Part shown: positions 20,846-31,472 of the stretch, piece by piece
How the letters are laid out: each line of letters begins with the position of its first letter
Numbering within the stretch: position 1 is the first letter of the stretch
Assembly: GCA_963663765.2 (NCBI GenBank)
Contig: CAXXUA010000013.1
Location: 320,001 to 384,000 of the forward strand
Length of the DNA stretch: 64,000 bases
Reading direction: 5' to 3'
Source: Candidatus Poribacteria bacterium
Lineage (GTDB): Bacteria > Poribacteria > WGA-4E > WGA-3G
Made by a program: the position numbers and the translations under genes
The notes under the pieces: generated by a model
Told to the model about the DNA's origin: nothing
Database searches by the model: none
The model's input: the letters and a program-made list of their open reading frames with translations, nothing else

Positions 20846-21613
20846 ATGAAATTATTTACAACTATTCTCATATTTGTTCTTATCTGCAGTGTCATCAATA
20901 CCTGGGCACTAAAAGATGACAAGGCACTTGTATTATATCTCCCTTTTGATGAGGGCAATGGCGATACGGCAATGGATGCAAGCGAAAGTAATCTGGAAGC
21001 AACCCTAAATGGCGCTACATGGTCTACAGATGGTAAAATTGATGGATGTATTCACTTGGAAACTACAGAACATTATGTAGAAATTGAAGACGTTGACGAA
21101 CTTGACATCACCGGCGAAATAACGATTCAAACATGGTTTTTCCCAAAACAATCCCAAGGTGATTCAAACCTAATGGGACGGAGAACATCAGAAAACAAAG
21201 GAGGTTATGTTCTTCAGTGGAGTGCAGAGTTTACAGGTACACCACAAATTGAAACATGGATTGACATTGCAGGATATAAAGGGACACGCAACAAACAAAC
21301 GATTAAACCTGAGTTAGAGGAATGGCATCATGTCGCTTCTACCTATGATGGTGAAAAGGTTCGTCAATATATTGATGGTGAATTAGATGTTGAAATCGAT
21401 GCACCAGCTGGAAACATCACCAGCGTTGATGCTGTCTTCCGCATCGGTAAATCCCAAACGCCTCTCGGTGGTGCAATAGGTTATGTAGACGAGGTAGCCA
21501 TCTACAACCGGGCACTCTCTGATGATGAAATCAAACAGGATATGAACCAAGGGGTGCTGTTTGATGTTACTCCTAATGGTAAACTGGCTACAACATGGGC
21601 AAAGGGTGTGTAA
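20846..21613 (+). CDS. Secreted LamG/concanavalin-A-like domain protein with C-terminus disrupted by an IS
   Basis: Signal peptide; YLPFDEG, WHHVASTYDG, DEVAIYNRALS. The last codons (KGV*) come from the IS end; the native end is TWANLKLFIK*. Confidence 0.85.
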   Translation: MKLFTTILIFVLICSVINTWALKDDKALVLYLPFDEGNGDTAMDASESNLEATLNGATWSTDGKIDGCIHLETTEHYVEIEDVDELDITGEITIQTWFFPKQSQGDSNLMGRRTSENKGGYVLQWSAEFTGTPQIETWIDIAGYKGTRNKQTIKPELEEWHHVASTYDGEKVRQYIDGELDVEIDAPAGNITSVDAVFRIGKSQTPLGGAIGYVDEVAIYNRALSDDEIKQDMNQGVLFDVTPNGKLATTWAKGV

Positions 21614-23061
21614 AGTTTTTGTCACAAGAATGTACTGAATACAGATCTTGCTTAGTATTAGGTTAAATGGTATCCTTCTAAAAAACACTTTTTTATCAGA
21701 GAGGATACCAATGTTTAGTATATCATTAGCAAGTTGTGAAGTCGAAGAGTTTAGAGAAGATGCAATCCATTTTGTAGAAAAGATCAATAATGTTTTACAC
21801 ACCCTTAGTTCAGACAGTCTTTATGTAGACGCTATGGAGATAATAGCCTTAGAGACGATGCGTTCGTTAGGTCAAATGATGTTAGAAATGGGTGTTCTCA
21901 AACATTCCGTTGAACAAGTTTCTGGATCTGTTGAATGTCCACAATGTCAACAAGCGTGTCGTCCGTATCGTAAAAGAGAACGCCGTATTACGACGCTATG
22001 TGGTGTTATTCGTGTTGACCGTTGGGTGTATCGTTGTGCTTCGGGTCATTATCATTTTCCGTGGGATACGAAAGAAAAGTTGAAAGGTCAATACACACAT
22101 CGTGTAGCTGAAGTGATGTGTCGTATGTCTGCGCGTCTTGACTTCAGGGAGGCAGCAGAGGAGTTGTTTCGTCAAGGGATAGAAGTCAGTCATACGACCC
22201 TCAATCAAAATGTGCGTGAATGGTCAAAAGCGTTGCGGGATTCACAACAAGTGGAAACACAAAAACTTGAGGCAAATCAGCGTTGGTATGTGAGTTGTGA
22301 TGGATGCCACACCAACTCACAAGAGGGGTGGAAAGAAACCAAAGTTGGTTGTATTTATAGAGATTATCCACAACCTCCAAATAGTTCTGGTGCGACACCG
22401 AGTGCGAGAACACCAAGCATTCGTTATGTTGCGGAGCGTGAGAATGCTGCTCATTTCGGTAAAGCGTTGTATAAGTTAGCAACGCAGAGCGGCATCTATC
22501 AAGAAGATATAGGCACGCAAGAGGTCGTGTTTATCGGAGATGGAGCGGCGTGGATATGGAACTTAGCGGCTGAATACTTCCCGAATGCTGTAGAGATTGT
22601 GGATTACATGCATGCCAAATCACATCTTTATGATGTGGCTAAAGTTGCCTTTGGTGAGACAGAAACAGAAGACGTAGAAACTTGGGTCACAGAGACAGAA
22701 CCCTTTCTTTTTGATGGCAACATTCCAGAAGTTGTCTCACGTATCCGTGCTTTAGCCACACAGCACCCAGACGTTTGTGAGATTTTAGTAAGAGAAACAG
22801 GTTATTTTGAAAAACACGCGAAACGGATGCAATATAAAACGTTTAGAGATAAGGGGTATCAGGTTGGGAGTGGTGTGATTGAGAGTGCGTGTAAACATGT
22901 TGTGGGACAAAGGTGTAAACAAGCTTCTATGAGATGGGAGAAACCGGGTATTAATGCTGTTCTAAGTTGGAGATGTCTGTTGAAGAATAATGCCTGGGAC
23001 AGATATTGGTATCCAGACACAAAAGCCGCATAACACTTAGTGACAAAAACTTTACACACCC
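21604..23061 (+). mobile_element. ISKra4-like insertion sequence (1458 bp)
   Basis: TIR GGGTGTGTAAAGTTTTTGTCAC; 8-bp TSD TGGGCAAA (21596-21603, 23062-23069). Confidence 0.9.
21711..23033 (+). CDS. ISKra4/UPF0236-type transposase
   Basis: CPQC..R..TLCG zinc ribbon, DG, IGDGAAWIW, VDYMHA, GSGVIESACK, MRW. ATG at 21711 follows GAGAGG. Confidence 0.88.
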   Translation: MFSISLASCEVEEFREDAIHFVEKINNVLHTLSSDSLYVDAMEIIALETMRSLGQMMLEMGVLKHSVEQVSGSVECPQCQQACRPYRKRERRITTLCGVIRVDRWVYRCASGHYHFPWDTKEKLKGQYTHRVAEVMCRMSARLDFREAAEELFRQGIEVSHTTLNQNVREWSKALRDSQQVETQKLEANQRWYVSCDGCHTNSQEGWKETKVGCIYRDYPQPPNSSGATPSARTPSIRYVAERENAAHFGKALYKLATQSGIYQEDIGTQEVVFIGDGAAWIWNLAAEYFPNAVEIVDYMHAKSHLYDVAKVAFGETETEDVETWVTETEPFLFDGNIPEVVSRIRALATQHPDVCEILVRETGYFEKHAKRMQYKTFRDKGYQVGSGVIESACKHVVGQRCKQASMRWEKPGINAVLSWRCLLKNNAWDRYWYPDTKAA

Positions 23062-23094
23062 TGGGCAAACCTTAAATTGTTTATAAAATAATAA

Positions 23095-23736
23095 TTGAAT
23101 ATGAAAAACACATGTGCTATTTTCGATCTTGACGGTACACTAATACGACGTTCTTCAGAACGAGTCTTTCTCAGGCATTTGTTGAAACAAGGTGAGATTC
23201 CAATATCAAATTTGCTTGCATGGACCTCCTATTATCTAAAGGTCAGGTCTTTTGGCAAAGCAAAATCAAACAAAGTACACCTGCGTGGCTTAGAAGCAAA
23301 CCACCTTATTAACCTTGCGAGAGACTGCTTTATCAATTCACTTCGTGCAAGCATTGTTCCTCAGATATCAACACTCATACGTACCCACCGCAATGCGGGA
23401 CGTGCGGTTATCATAATGTCCGGTTCGCTGTCAATTTTGGTTGAACACTTTCACAATCACTTCGAAACAGATATTATGGTCGCAGACGAACTGGAGGTGT
23501 CAAACGGAAGATTTACTGGGAATCGTGTTGGTTTGCGACCTTACGCACAGAACAAAGCAGCATTGGCAAGAGAACTTGCAACAACACATGGATTTGATCT
23601 CAGTGCTTCTTTTGCGTATGGTAATCATCACTCAGATGTCTATAAACTGGAATTATTCGGAAATCCTGTCGCTGTAAATCCTGATCGTGAACTCCGTAGG
23701 ATAGCAATGGAAAGAAATTGGAAAATAGAATCGTAG
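23095..23736 (+). CDS. HAD-IB family hydrolase (SerB-like)
   Basis: FDLDGTL, MSGS, AYGN..SD, PVAVNPD. Confidence 0.85.
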   Translation: MNMKNTCAIFDLDGTLIRRSSERVFLRHLLKQGEIPISNLLAWTSYYLKVRSFGKAKSNKVHLRGLEANHLINLARDCFINSLRASIVPQISTLIRTHRNAGRAVIIMSGSLSILVEHFHNHFETDIMVADELEVSNGRFTGNRVGLRPYAQNKAALARELATTHGFDLSASFAYGNHHSDVYKLELFGNPVAVNPDRELRRIAMERNWKIES

Positions 23737-23755
23737 TCATGGATGGTGAACAGTC

Positions 23756-24502
23756 GTGCGTCTTGAAAAATATATCGCTTCCGCAGGTATAGCATCGCGG
23801 CGCGCAGTCAAGCGAGCCATTCGTGAGGGATACGCCTCTGTTAACGGCACAACAATCCGCATTCCCGGACATCCGATTGATATGGAAAACGATTGTATTC
23901 TGTTTGAAGGAAAAGTGGTTGAACCCCTCGCTGAACGAGTTTATATCATGTTGAACAAACCAGCAGGTTATATAACTACCCGGCATGACGAACGTGGACG
24001 ACCAACAGTGATGGACTTGCTAACAGAATTACCGAAATCCATCTATCCAGTAGGACGTTTAGATTTGGAGACAGAAGGTCTCCTACTATTTACCAACGAT
24101 GGTGAGTTCGCTTATCAGTTGATGCATCCCAGTCATGAGATAGATAAGACTTACATTGCTTGGGTAAATGGTGTTTTGGGTAAACCCGCACTTGAACACC
24201 TACGCAACGGAGTGGACATAACAGGGGGGAAAACAGCACCTGCAAAAATAAAACAGCTTGATGTGAAAAACGAACTTAAAAAAGTTGTTAAAAAGAAAAC
24301 GAACAAATTCGGATTAGTAGCAAAATATAGGGTAATTATACATGAAGGGAAAAAACGGCAAATTCGTCTGATGTTTAAAGCGGTGGGACACCGAGTGACA
24401 CGTTTGAAACGGATACGTATCGGCACGTTGCAATTGGGCAATCTTCCACAGGGGCAATATCGATTTCTTACCCCCGCAGAAGTTGCTGATTTACAAAATT
24501 AG
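23756..24502 (+). CDS. rRNA pseudouridine synthase (RluB/RsuA family)
   Basis: N-terminal S4 domain, LNKPAG, PVGRLD, EGKKRQIR. Confidence 0.92.
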   Translation: MRLEKYIASAGIASRRAVKRAIREGYASVNGTTIRIPGHPIDMENDCILFEGKVVEPLAERVYIMLNKPAGYITTRHDERGRPTVMDLLTELPKSIYPVGRLDLETEGLLLFTNDGEFAYQLMHPSHEIDKTYIAWVNGVLGKPALEHLRNGVDITGGKTAPAKIKQLDVKNELKKVVKKKTNKFGLVAKYRVIIHEGKKRQIRLMFKAVGHRVTRLKRIRIGTLQLGNLPQGQYRFLTPAEVADLQN

Positions 24503-25638
24503 TTATCGGTTTTGCCTTCTGCAGCTAACTGCTCAAGACGTTGTAGTACAGTATTCGCTCTGAGTTTAATCTGTTCACTGGTCGTGTGATTGACTAACTT
24601 CTCAAGTACTTCTGTTGCTTTATCATATTGCTTACTGAGCATATATGTAACACCCAGAAAATATTGAGCATCTTCATATTCGTCACTCTTCGGATACATG
24701 TCAACCACTTTTTTGAAGTGCATTTCAGCGTTTTTGACAAGATTTGCATCATCAGGTTTACGTTGAAGTTGCATTGCATAAGCGAGCCCGAATTGGGTGT
24801 GTAATTTTGGCAGCAGTCCCGATTCGTTTTCAGGGTCTTTTGCCATGACCTTTTCACTGAACGTGAGTGCATCTTTTATATTTGCTTTTTTCAGGTATAC
24901 TAAAGCAAATTCAGTGTTTAACTCAACATCATCAGGCATCATCTCACTGATCTTGAGTGCTTTTTTCATTTGATCTTTGCCGAGATAGTAGATACCAAAT
25001 GCGCGGTTCAGATCAACATCATCGGGCATCTTTTCACTGATTGGCATTGCTTTATCAAGTTGTTGACGTTGCAAATAGAAAATGGCAATCTGACTGTTCA
25101 GTTTCGGATCGTCAGGCATCTTCTTTAATTTCGTCAATACTTCTTGGAATGCTTTCTCTTTTTTCAGAACATCTTCCATTTCCGGCAAGAATAGATCTGG
25201 TGGTTTGTAACCAGAGACATTCTTGATAACACCACCATCGGGGGCGATGAATAGGATTGCGGGAAACCCCTTAACACCGTATTTTTTCTGCGCTTCAGCA
25301 TTTTCGGGGTGTTCTTTAAGTTCGGGATTAACCTTTACGGGAACGAAGTTCTCTGCGATAGTAACTATACGTTCATCGGTGAATGTGTCGGCGTCCAGCC
25401 GCTTACACCATCCTCACCACTCCGTGTAGAAGTCCATCATAATCGGTTTACCCGTTTCAACGGACATTTTGGTTGCTTCCTCAATAGACATGCCCCATAC
25501 GACTTGTTTGACTTCAGTTGCGTCTTGTTTGGCTTCCCCTTCACCTTCTGCAAAGACAGGCATTGATACCGTCAGTAACAAAAGAACGCAGAAACCTGCC
25601 AGACAGGGAACGTATCGGTGAAAAACAGAATTAATCAT
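24499..25638 (-). CDS. Secreted thioredoxin-fold selenoprotein (U-G-W-C) with TPR repeats, 379 aa
   Basis: ORFs 25414-25638 and 24499-25188 are in one frame, interrupted only by TGA at 25414-25416: DFYTEW-U-GWCKRLD...YGVKGFPAILF. Confidence 0.85.
25381..25413 (-). promoter_or_regulatory. Putative bacterial SECIS element
   Basis: Immediately 3' of UGA: GGAUGGUGU-AAG-CGGC-UGGAC-GCCG-ACACAUUC hairpin, with the apical loop starting 16 nt after UGA. Confidence 0.6.
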
Positions 25639-25790
25639 TAATTCTCTCCTTATTTTTACTTATGCGATCAATTAGGTACGAACCTAAATTTTTGTGTTAA
25701 GCAGAAACTCCACAAAACAGCGAAATCGCTTTATTAGTTGACAACATAATATCACATTTAAAATAGTCTGTCCAGAACAAATTTTATTTT

Positions 25791-26302
25791 GGGTGTGTAA
25801 AGTTTTTGCACAGAGGTACAAACTTTTGTTCTCTTTATTCCCGTAGGGACGCAATGTTTATAGATAGGTGTAATCACCCTCTCTTGAGTTCCGTAGGAAC
25901 GACATAGAAGAATAAACATATCGTCCCTACGGGACTAAAGAACTGGGAAGGGTACTTGTTTTCTATAAACATTTCGTCCCTACGGGACTGAAGAGTATGG
26001 TTGATATTAACAATATTTCCTTATATTGACACCTATGGGTCTCTGTGCCCGCAATCTCTCATTTAATCAGTTGCGGCGGGGCACAGAGACCCTATAGGTG
26101 TCAACTTAAGGATTTAACCTCTTGTGGGAGGGGTTTTCAACCCCGATTTTTTAGTGCATTTCCGCTCAAATCGGGGTTGAAAACCCCTCCCACAAGAGAA
26201 AATGCAAACAATATTTTCTTAAGTTGACACCTATACGGCGGGGCACAGAGACCCCGCTCTACAATGGAGAATGTGCAGTTTGTGCAAAAACTTTACACAC
26301 CC
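25791..26302. mobile_element. ISKra4-derived MITE with nested elements (512 bp)
   Basis: TIR GGGTGTGTAAAGTTTTTGCACA, nearly identical to the IS at 21604; 9-bp TSD TTTTATTTT. Confidence 0.85.
26097..26231. mobile_element. Nested MITE with a REP-like inverted repeat
   Basis: TIR GGTGTCAACTTAAG / CTTAAGTTGACACC flanked by TATA; contains CTTGTGGGAGGGGTTTTCAACCCCGATTT and its reverse complement. Confidence 0.75.
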
Positions 26303-26515
26303 TTTTATTTTCATGTATGTACTTAAAAAAATTGATGGTATATAACCTATTTTCCTGACGGTAGATGTGGTTTCTCAATAAATACGAGACGCGTATCATT
26401 AGATTGAAATCATAAAATCTGGTAATAAGTTTGAATTACACCGTATCTTATTAAAGGTTGCATTTGCGAAAAACATGTATGTGAACATGACAAACGTATT
26501 GTGTTTAGATTGCGT

Positions 26516-27907
26516 TTACTTGCCTATACAAAACTGTGAGAATATACGATCAAGTATGTCTTCAGTGGTTGTTTTGCCTACAATGTCGCCAAGGGCATCA
26601 AGACTTATGCGTAGGTCAACAGAAACAAGGTCTGGCGGCATCTCGTTTTCTAAACTTGATATTACGTCCTCAAGTGCTTCGTGAGTACGACGCAGGGCAT
26701 CTTGATGGCGACTGTTGGTTATAATCGGGGATTCCCCCATGATAAAATCACCACCGAGTAGTTCCTCACGGATAGCAGTTTTCAGTGAATCAATACCGAT
26801 GTCTTCGGTGATTGCTGTCTGAACAACACGTGCTTTAGAACAGTGATTAGACAATATCCCCGGTTGGACAATTGTGGGAAGATCAATCTTATTCAATATA
26901 AGGATAGCACGGTGAGAATTAGCAATCTGCAATAGATCAATATCAGATTCATTTAGGGGGTGTGATGCATCAAACATAAGGAGTAGAAGTTCTGCTGTAT
27001 TGAGAACATCTTTGCTTCTCTGAACACCCTCTTGTTCAACGATATCATCTGTGTTTCGGATGCCGGCAGTATCAACGAGGTTGATGGGAATTCCACGGAT
27101 GTTTATTGTCTCCTCAATTGTGTCGCGCGTGGTACCTGGGATTTCAGTTACAATTGCACGTGCTGTGGTAACCAGTGCATTGAACAAGCTTGACTTTCCG
27201 ACATTGGGTTTACCCAAAATGCCGACGTTGACCCCTTCCTTGATAATTCGTCCTTCCGTAGCAGTTTCTAACAGAAATGTTAATTCTGTCTGGACAGAAC
27301 GGGCAGTTTGAAGTTGTGCTTCAACCTTCATAAAGTCAAGGTCTTCGTCTGGAAAATCAATGGATGCCTCAATTTCCGCAAGCAGATCTGCGAGTCTATC
27401 ACTAAGCGTATTAACGGTTTCTGAGAGTTTTCCCGAAAGTGCATCAATTGCAATTTTACTGCTGAGTTCTGTTTTGGCACTGATGAGATCAGCAACTGCC
27501 TCAGCTTGCGCAAGGTCAAGTCTACCGTTGAGAAAGGCACGTTTGGTGAACTCACCGGGTTCACCAAGTCTTGCTCCTGCCTTTACTACTAAGTCGAGGA
27601 CGTTAATTAGTGGGACGATACCACCGTGGCAATTGAATTCAACAATATCTTCAGTGGTATATGTATGCGGGGCACGCATTATACCGAGAAGCACTTCATC
27701 TACGACTTCATCGGATGCGGAGGTATCTTCTATAACATACCCATGTGTAAGTGTGTGGGTAGCGAGTTTGTCAATTTCAACTGGACGTGAGGGACGAAAC
27801 AACTGACATGCGATTGGAATAGCGAGTGAACCACTGACCCGCACTATCCCTATGCCGCCTTCACCTTTCGGTGTTGCTATGGCTGCGATGGTATCCTCAT
27901 ATTTCAT
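26516..27907 (-). CDS. mnmE: tRNA modification GTPase MnmE/TrmE
   Basis: DTIAAIAT, GKPNVGKSS, GTTRD, DTAG, FCIGK C-terminus. Confidence 0.97.
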   Translation of the reverse strand: MKYEDTIAAIATPKGEGGIGIVRVSGSLAIPIACQLFRPSRPVEIDKLATHTLTHGYVIEDTSASDEVVDEVLLGIMRAPHTYTTEDIVEFNCHGGIVPLINVLDLVVKAGARLGEPGEFTKRAFLNGRLDLAQAEAVADLISAKTELSSKIAIDALSGKLSETVNTLSDRLADLLAEIEASIDFPDEDLDFMKVEAQLQTARSVQTELTFLLETATEGRIIKEGVNVGILGKPNVGKSSLFNALVTTARAIVTEIPGTTRDTIEETINIRGIPINLVDTAGIRNTDDIVEQEGVQRSKDVLNTAELLLLMFDASHPLNESDIDLLQIANSHRAILILNKIDLPTIVQPGILSNHCSKARVVQTAITEDIGIDSLKTAIREELLGGDFIMGESPIITNSRHQDALRRTHEALEDVISSLENEMPPDLVSVDLRISLDALGDIVGKTTTEDILDRIFSQFCIGK

Positions 27908-28004
27908 GTCACAATTCCTGTTCCACGAATGTACAGGACGAGGTAAATGGGGTTATCTCTTGGTAATATTGTTTACACCTGAATATGTTGAACCAATCTC
28001 TGAG

Positions 28005-28631
28005 TCAATAATTATCTTGTCTTGTAATTACTATGCGACGCATATCACCTTCTCCTTGACTGAAGGTAGTAACGGAATCGTCTGATTGTAAGGTAATATG
28101 AATTATTCTACGGTCTTTAGCAGACATAGGTGAAAGAACAACATCCTGTCTGGTGCGTCTGACCTTTGCTGCAACCTGATGAGCGAGGTCAACGAGCATA
28201 TTCTCACGACGTTCACGGTAGCCTTCAGTATCAACAAAAACTTTTCTTTTAGCGAGTGCGTTTTTATTTATGATACAGTTGAGTATCCGTTCAATTGCAT
28301 CAAGCGTTTGCCCGTGCTTGCCGATTAGCAGGGCAGGTGAGTCGCTAACCATATTGAGGTGTAAACTACCATCACTAAAGTCGGATTCAATCTCACCATC
28401 TATTCCGATTCGCTTGAGTATTTCATTCAAAACGGTTTCAGGAGCGTTGGAAATATCTTCCTTTAGCGTGGCACGGACTTTTGCGGGTTTCGCGCCAAAA
28501 CTCAATATACCTTTTGTCGGTTCGTTAATAATGATTATGTTGACTTGTTCTCGGGTTGTATCAAGTTCGGAGAGAGCAATTTCAATTGCTTCTTCAACAG
28601 TTTCTGCTTCAGATTCAATATAATTTTGCAA
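28005..28631 (-). CDS. jag: Jag/KhpB (EloR) RNA-binding protein
   Basis: Jag-N domain (TVEEAI), KH domain (IGKHGQTL), R3H domain (RRIIH); conserved synteny. Confidence 0.92.
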   Translation of the reverse strand: MQNYIESEAETVEEAIEIALSELDTTREQVNIIIINEPTKGILSFGAKPAKVRATLKEDISNAPETVLNEILKRIGIDGEIESDFSDGSLHLNMVSDSPALLIGKHGQTLDAIERILNCIINKNALAKRKVFVDTEGYRERRENMLVDLAHQVAAKVRRTRQDVVLSPMSAKDRRIIHITLQSDDSVTTFSQGEGDMRRIVITRQDNY

Positions 28632-28718
28632 GAGGCACCACTCCTTTTGTCCGTTGAAAGATAATGTCTGTAAGTCAAAAAAATGTTAGTTGGACAATAT
28701 TTTTGTAATTTATTTTAA

Positions 28719-30572
28719 TTATCGTTTTTGTTTGTTTTCCTCTATTGTAACGGTATCATCATCATGGAAATACTTTGTTTGTATTAATTGTTGAGCCACA
28801 GTAAAGACATTATTACATAACCAGTATAACACAAAACCAGATGCCCAGTTATAGAACATGAAAACAAAAATAAGTGGCAAAAACTGCATGATTTTCATCT
28901 GTGTGCTTGAAGTTGCTGGTGCAGCGGACATTCCTCCTACAAATTTTTGTTGTAACCATGACGTCAATCCATTTAGTAACGGTAAGAACCGTATAGCATC
29001 TATGTCTAAAAAGAATAAAGGTATGGTAAATGGGAGTTCAAACAGTACATCTGGTGCCGATAAGTCGTTTATCCAAAAGAGGAATGGTGCCCCACGGAAT
29101 TCAACCGCAGTTCCAAGCAGTGCAAAGAGTGCCCAGAAAATGGGTATCTGAGGTAGCCACGGAATACACCCACTCAATGGGTTTACACCATTTTCTTTAT
29201 ATATCCGCATTGTCGCTTTATTCAGTTTTTGCGGGTCATCCCGGAATTTTTCTTTCAGTTCAAGCAATTGCGGTTGAAGTTGCTGCATCTTTTTCATAGA
29301 TACATGTGCTTTACGTGTGAGTGGAAAAGAGACTACCTTTACTAACGCGGTCAAAATGATGATTGAGATACCATAGTTTCCAAATACAGTGTGTAGCATA
29401 TTAACTAACCACAACATTGCCCATGCCAAAGGACCGAAAAAACCGAAATCAATGACTTTGGTTAGGTTGATAGGTTTTTCAAGATCATTTGGAGGGGTAA
29501 TTTCCTTCAACAGTGTATCGTCCTTAGGCCCCAAGTAGATACGAAACGAATGCGTTTGCTTTTTCTGTGATGGAAGTTGAAAATTTGGTATTGTCAGGAC
29601 AGCGGTTTCGGTAGGTGCTATAATGAATATATCTGGAGGTGTTTTTGGTTCTGGATTTTCCAATCTATATGTTGCTTGAAGTACTGGGTCCGGAATTATA
29701 AATGCACCGAAGTATTGGTTACTTAACCCTGCCCAGAGTATTGTTTCGTTTGCAAATTCACCTTTCAACTCTTTTTTTGGTTTTCCTGTACCGATATATG
29801 TTTTAGCTCCTACTTTTTTCGGGTCGAAACGTCCGCGCTTTCCAGAATCTTTTTCGTGTATAAGCAGGTCAGCATTTATCCCTTGTCCCCACAGCAGTTC
29901 GTAACCATCGGGGGTATCATTTCCTCCGATACTTATCGGTTCTGAATCATCAGTAAGGTTTTCAAAAGTCATACTCAAATCAACTGTGTAACTCTTGTTG
30001 TTATAGAAAGTCAACTTTTTCTGGACTTTCAATTTCTCACCAATTGTTGTCGTGAAAGTCATTGTGTCCTGCGGTTTAGCATCAGAAAGTTCAATGCCTT
30101 TTTTATCAGCTTCCCAGGTAGCAAGGCGATAATCTAAATCGTTTTGTAAATTCTCATTTCCCAGTCTTAGTGCAAGACATCTAAATGCTGTTTCGGGAAT
30201 CAGGTTAAACGGTATGTCATTAGCAGTGTTAGATCTGTCTGGAAATCGAAAATTACCATTTTCTCGTTTTTCCACCAATTCCCATTTCTTTGCAATCGCC
30301 AGTTTCTCATTAAAAGTAATGTCGTAAGTATCCGTTTTGACATGCACCATTTTGTCATCTGGACTGTCTTGCAGTATTATGGAAGGTTCAGTATTATTTG
30401 GTTCTTCTCCCTGATCTTCGGTGTCTATTTCATCGGGTGTTCCATCTTGTGGTGTTTGTTGAGATGTTGGAGGTTCATCCTGTTCTGGCATGAAACGATC
30501 ACCGACTAACAGAGTCCAAGTGATCATTACAGCAATCATCAGGACGAGTGCGAGAATATAACGTGCTCCCAT
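28719..30572 (-). CDS. yidC: Membrane protein insertase YidC
   Basis: GNYGISIIILT, KMQQLQP, NPLSGC, QIPIF, WINDLSAPD, LYW. Confidence 0.95.
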   Translation of the reverse strand: MGARYILALVLMIAVMITWTLLVGDRFMPEQDEPPTSQQTPQDGTPDEIDTEDQGEEPNNTEPSIILQDSPDDKMVHVKTDTYDITFNEKLAIAKKWELVEKRENGNFRFPDRSNTANDIPFNLIPETAFRCLALRLGNENLQNDLDYRLATWEADKKGIELSDAKPQDTMTFTTTIGEKLKVQKKLTFYNNKSYTVDLSMTFENLTDDSEPISIGGNDTPDGYELLWGQGINADLLIHEKDSGKRGRFDPKKVGAKTYIGTGKPKKELKGEFANETILWAGLSNQYFGAFIIPDPVLQATYRLENPEPKTPPDIFIIAPTETAVLTIPNFQLPSQKKQTHSFRIYLGPKDDTLLKEITPPNDLEKPINLTKVIDFGFFGPLAWAMLWLVNMLHTVFGNYGISIIILTALVKVVSFPLTRKAHVSMKKMQQLQPQLLELKEKFRDDPQKLNKATMRIYKENGVNPLSGCIPWLPQIPIFWALFALLGTAVEFRGAPFLFWINDLSAPDVLFELPFTIPLFFLDIDAIRFLPLLNGLTSWLQQKFVGGMSAAPATSSTQMKIMQFLPLIFVFMFYNWASGFVLYWLCNNVFTVAQQLIQTKYFHDDDTVTIEENKQKR

Positions 30573-30667
30573 TTAAATTTAGGTACTCCTCTTTTCTTTA
30601 CTATTATAAGCGCGAATTCCAAGTGTTTTCTTTACAGTGTATGTTGTAGATAAGTTTCATTGTTCTG

Positions 30668-30877
30668 CTATTGAAGCGGGTCAAACCCTCCTGGATGATA
30701 AGGGTGGCATTTTATCAGTCGTTTAATAGTTAACCAGATGCCTTTGAGGATACCATACTTTTCAAAAGCTTGTTGTGCATATTGTGAACAAGTCGGATAG
30801 AAGCGACACGTTGGTGGAAAAAGTGGAGAGATAAAGCGGCGATACCCGCGGATAACGTACAGAATGATGCGGTTCAT
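30668..30877 (-). CDS. yidD: Membrane protein insertion efficiency factor YidD
   Basis: [19 protein letters not shown]. Confidence 0.95.
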   Translation of the reverse strand: MNRIILYVIRGYRRFISPLFPPTCRFYPTCSQYAQQAFEKYGILKGIWLTIKRLIKCHPYHPGGFDPLQ

Positions 30878-30994
30878 TATTATTATTCAATATCGCGCAC
30901 TTGAGGAAGTTTATATAAACCCTAATACACCATTAAGGTACAATCGTCTGTGAGAACTTAGTCCTCATCACAGAGTTTCAATCCGAATATTCTA

Positions 30995-31372
30995 TTATTC
31001 GTCCGTTTCACTGCTTGTGAAACTTGATGCTCTACGGAACAATCTTTGCAGGCTTGCGTGTGCTTGCTGTCCTGAAAGACCGTAGGCAGCGGGTCTACCT
31101 ACCACTACAATATCGTAGCGGGGTTGGAGTTTTGACTTTAACGAGCGAAACGCTTCACGAATAAGCCGTTTGACACGATTCCTCTGAACACTATTACCTA
31201 CTTTTTTACTCACTGTAATACCTAACCGAGTTTGGTGCAGCTGCGTTTGACAGACATAGATTACGAAGTAGGTATCCCAGTACTTCTTCCCCTTCTTATA
31301 CGTTCTTTGAAATTCCCATGACTTTTTCAGTCTTTCCGGATGTTGTTGATAGGACATAACGTCAAGACACAT
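30995..31372 (-). CDS. rnpA: Ribonuclease P protein component
   Basis: RLGITVSKKVGNSVQRNRVKRLIRE; true start may be at 31357. Confidence 0.95.
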   Translation of the reverse strand: MCLDVMSYQQHPERLKKSWEFQRTYKKGKKYWDTYFVIYVCQTQLHQTRLGITVSKKVGNSVQRNRVKRLIREAFRSLKSKLQPRYDIVVVGRPAAYGLSGQQAHASLQRLFRRASSFTSSETDE

Positions 31373-31472
31373 TCATTTCATTGTCACCTTCTTCGTTGCG
31401 AACACAACGTAAGAATACGTCATCTCTTTCCGTCATCAATTGTGTATGAGATATAGAAGTTACTCTACCATT

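Noticed and set aside
24499-25638. Two separate genes or a nonsense pseudogene
   Set aside because: The TGA aligns with the catalytic Cys of a thioredoxin motif and is followed by a SECIS-like hairpin, so Sec readthrough is more parsimonious.
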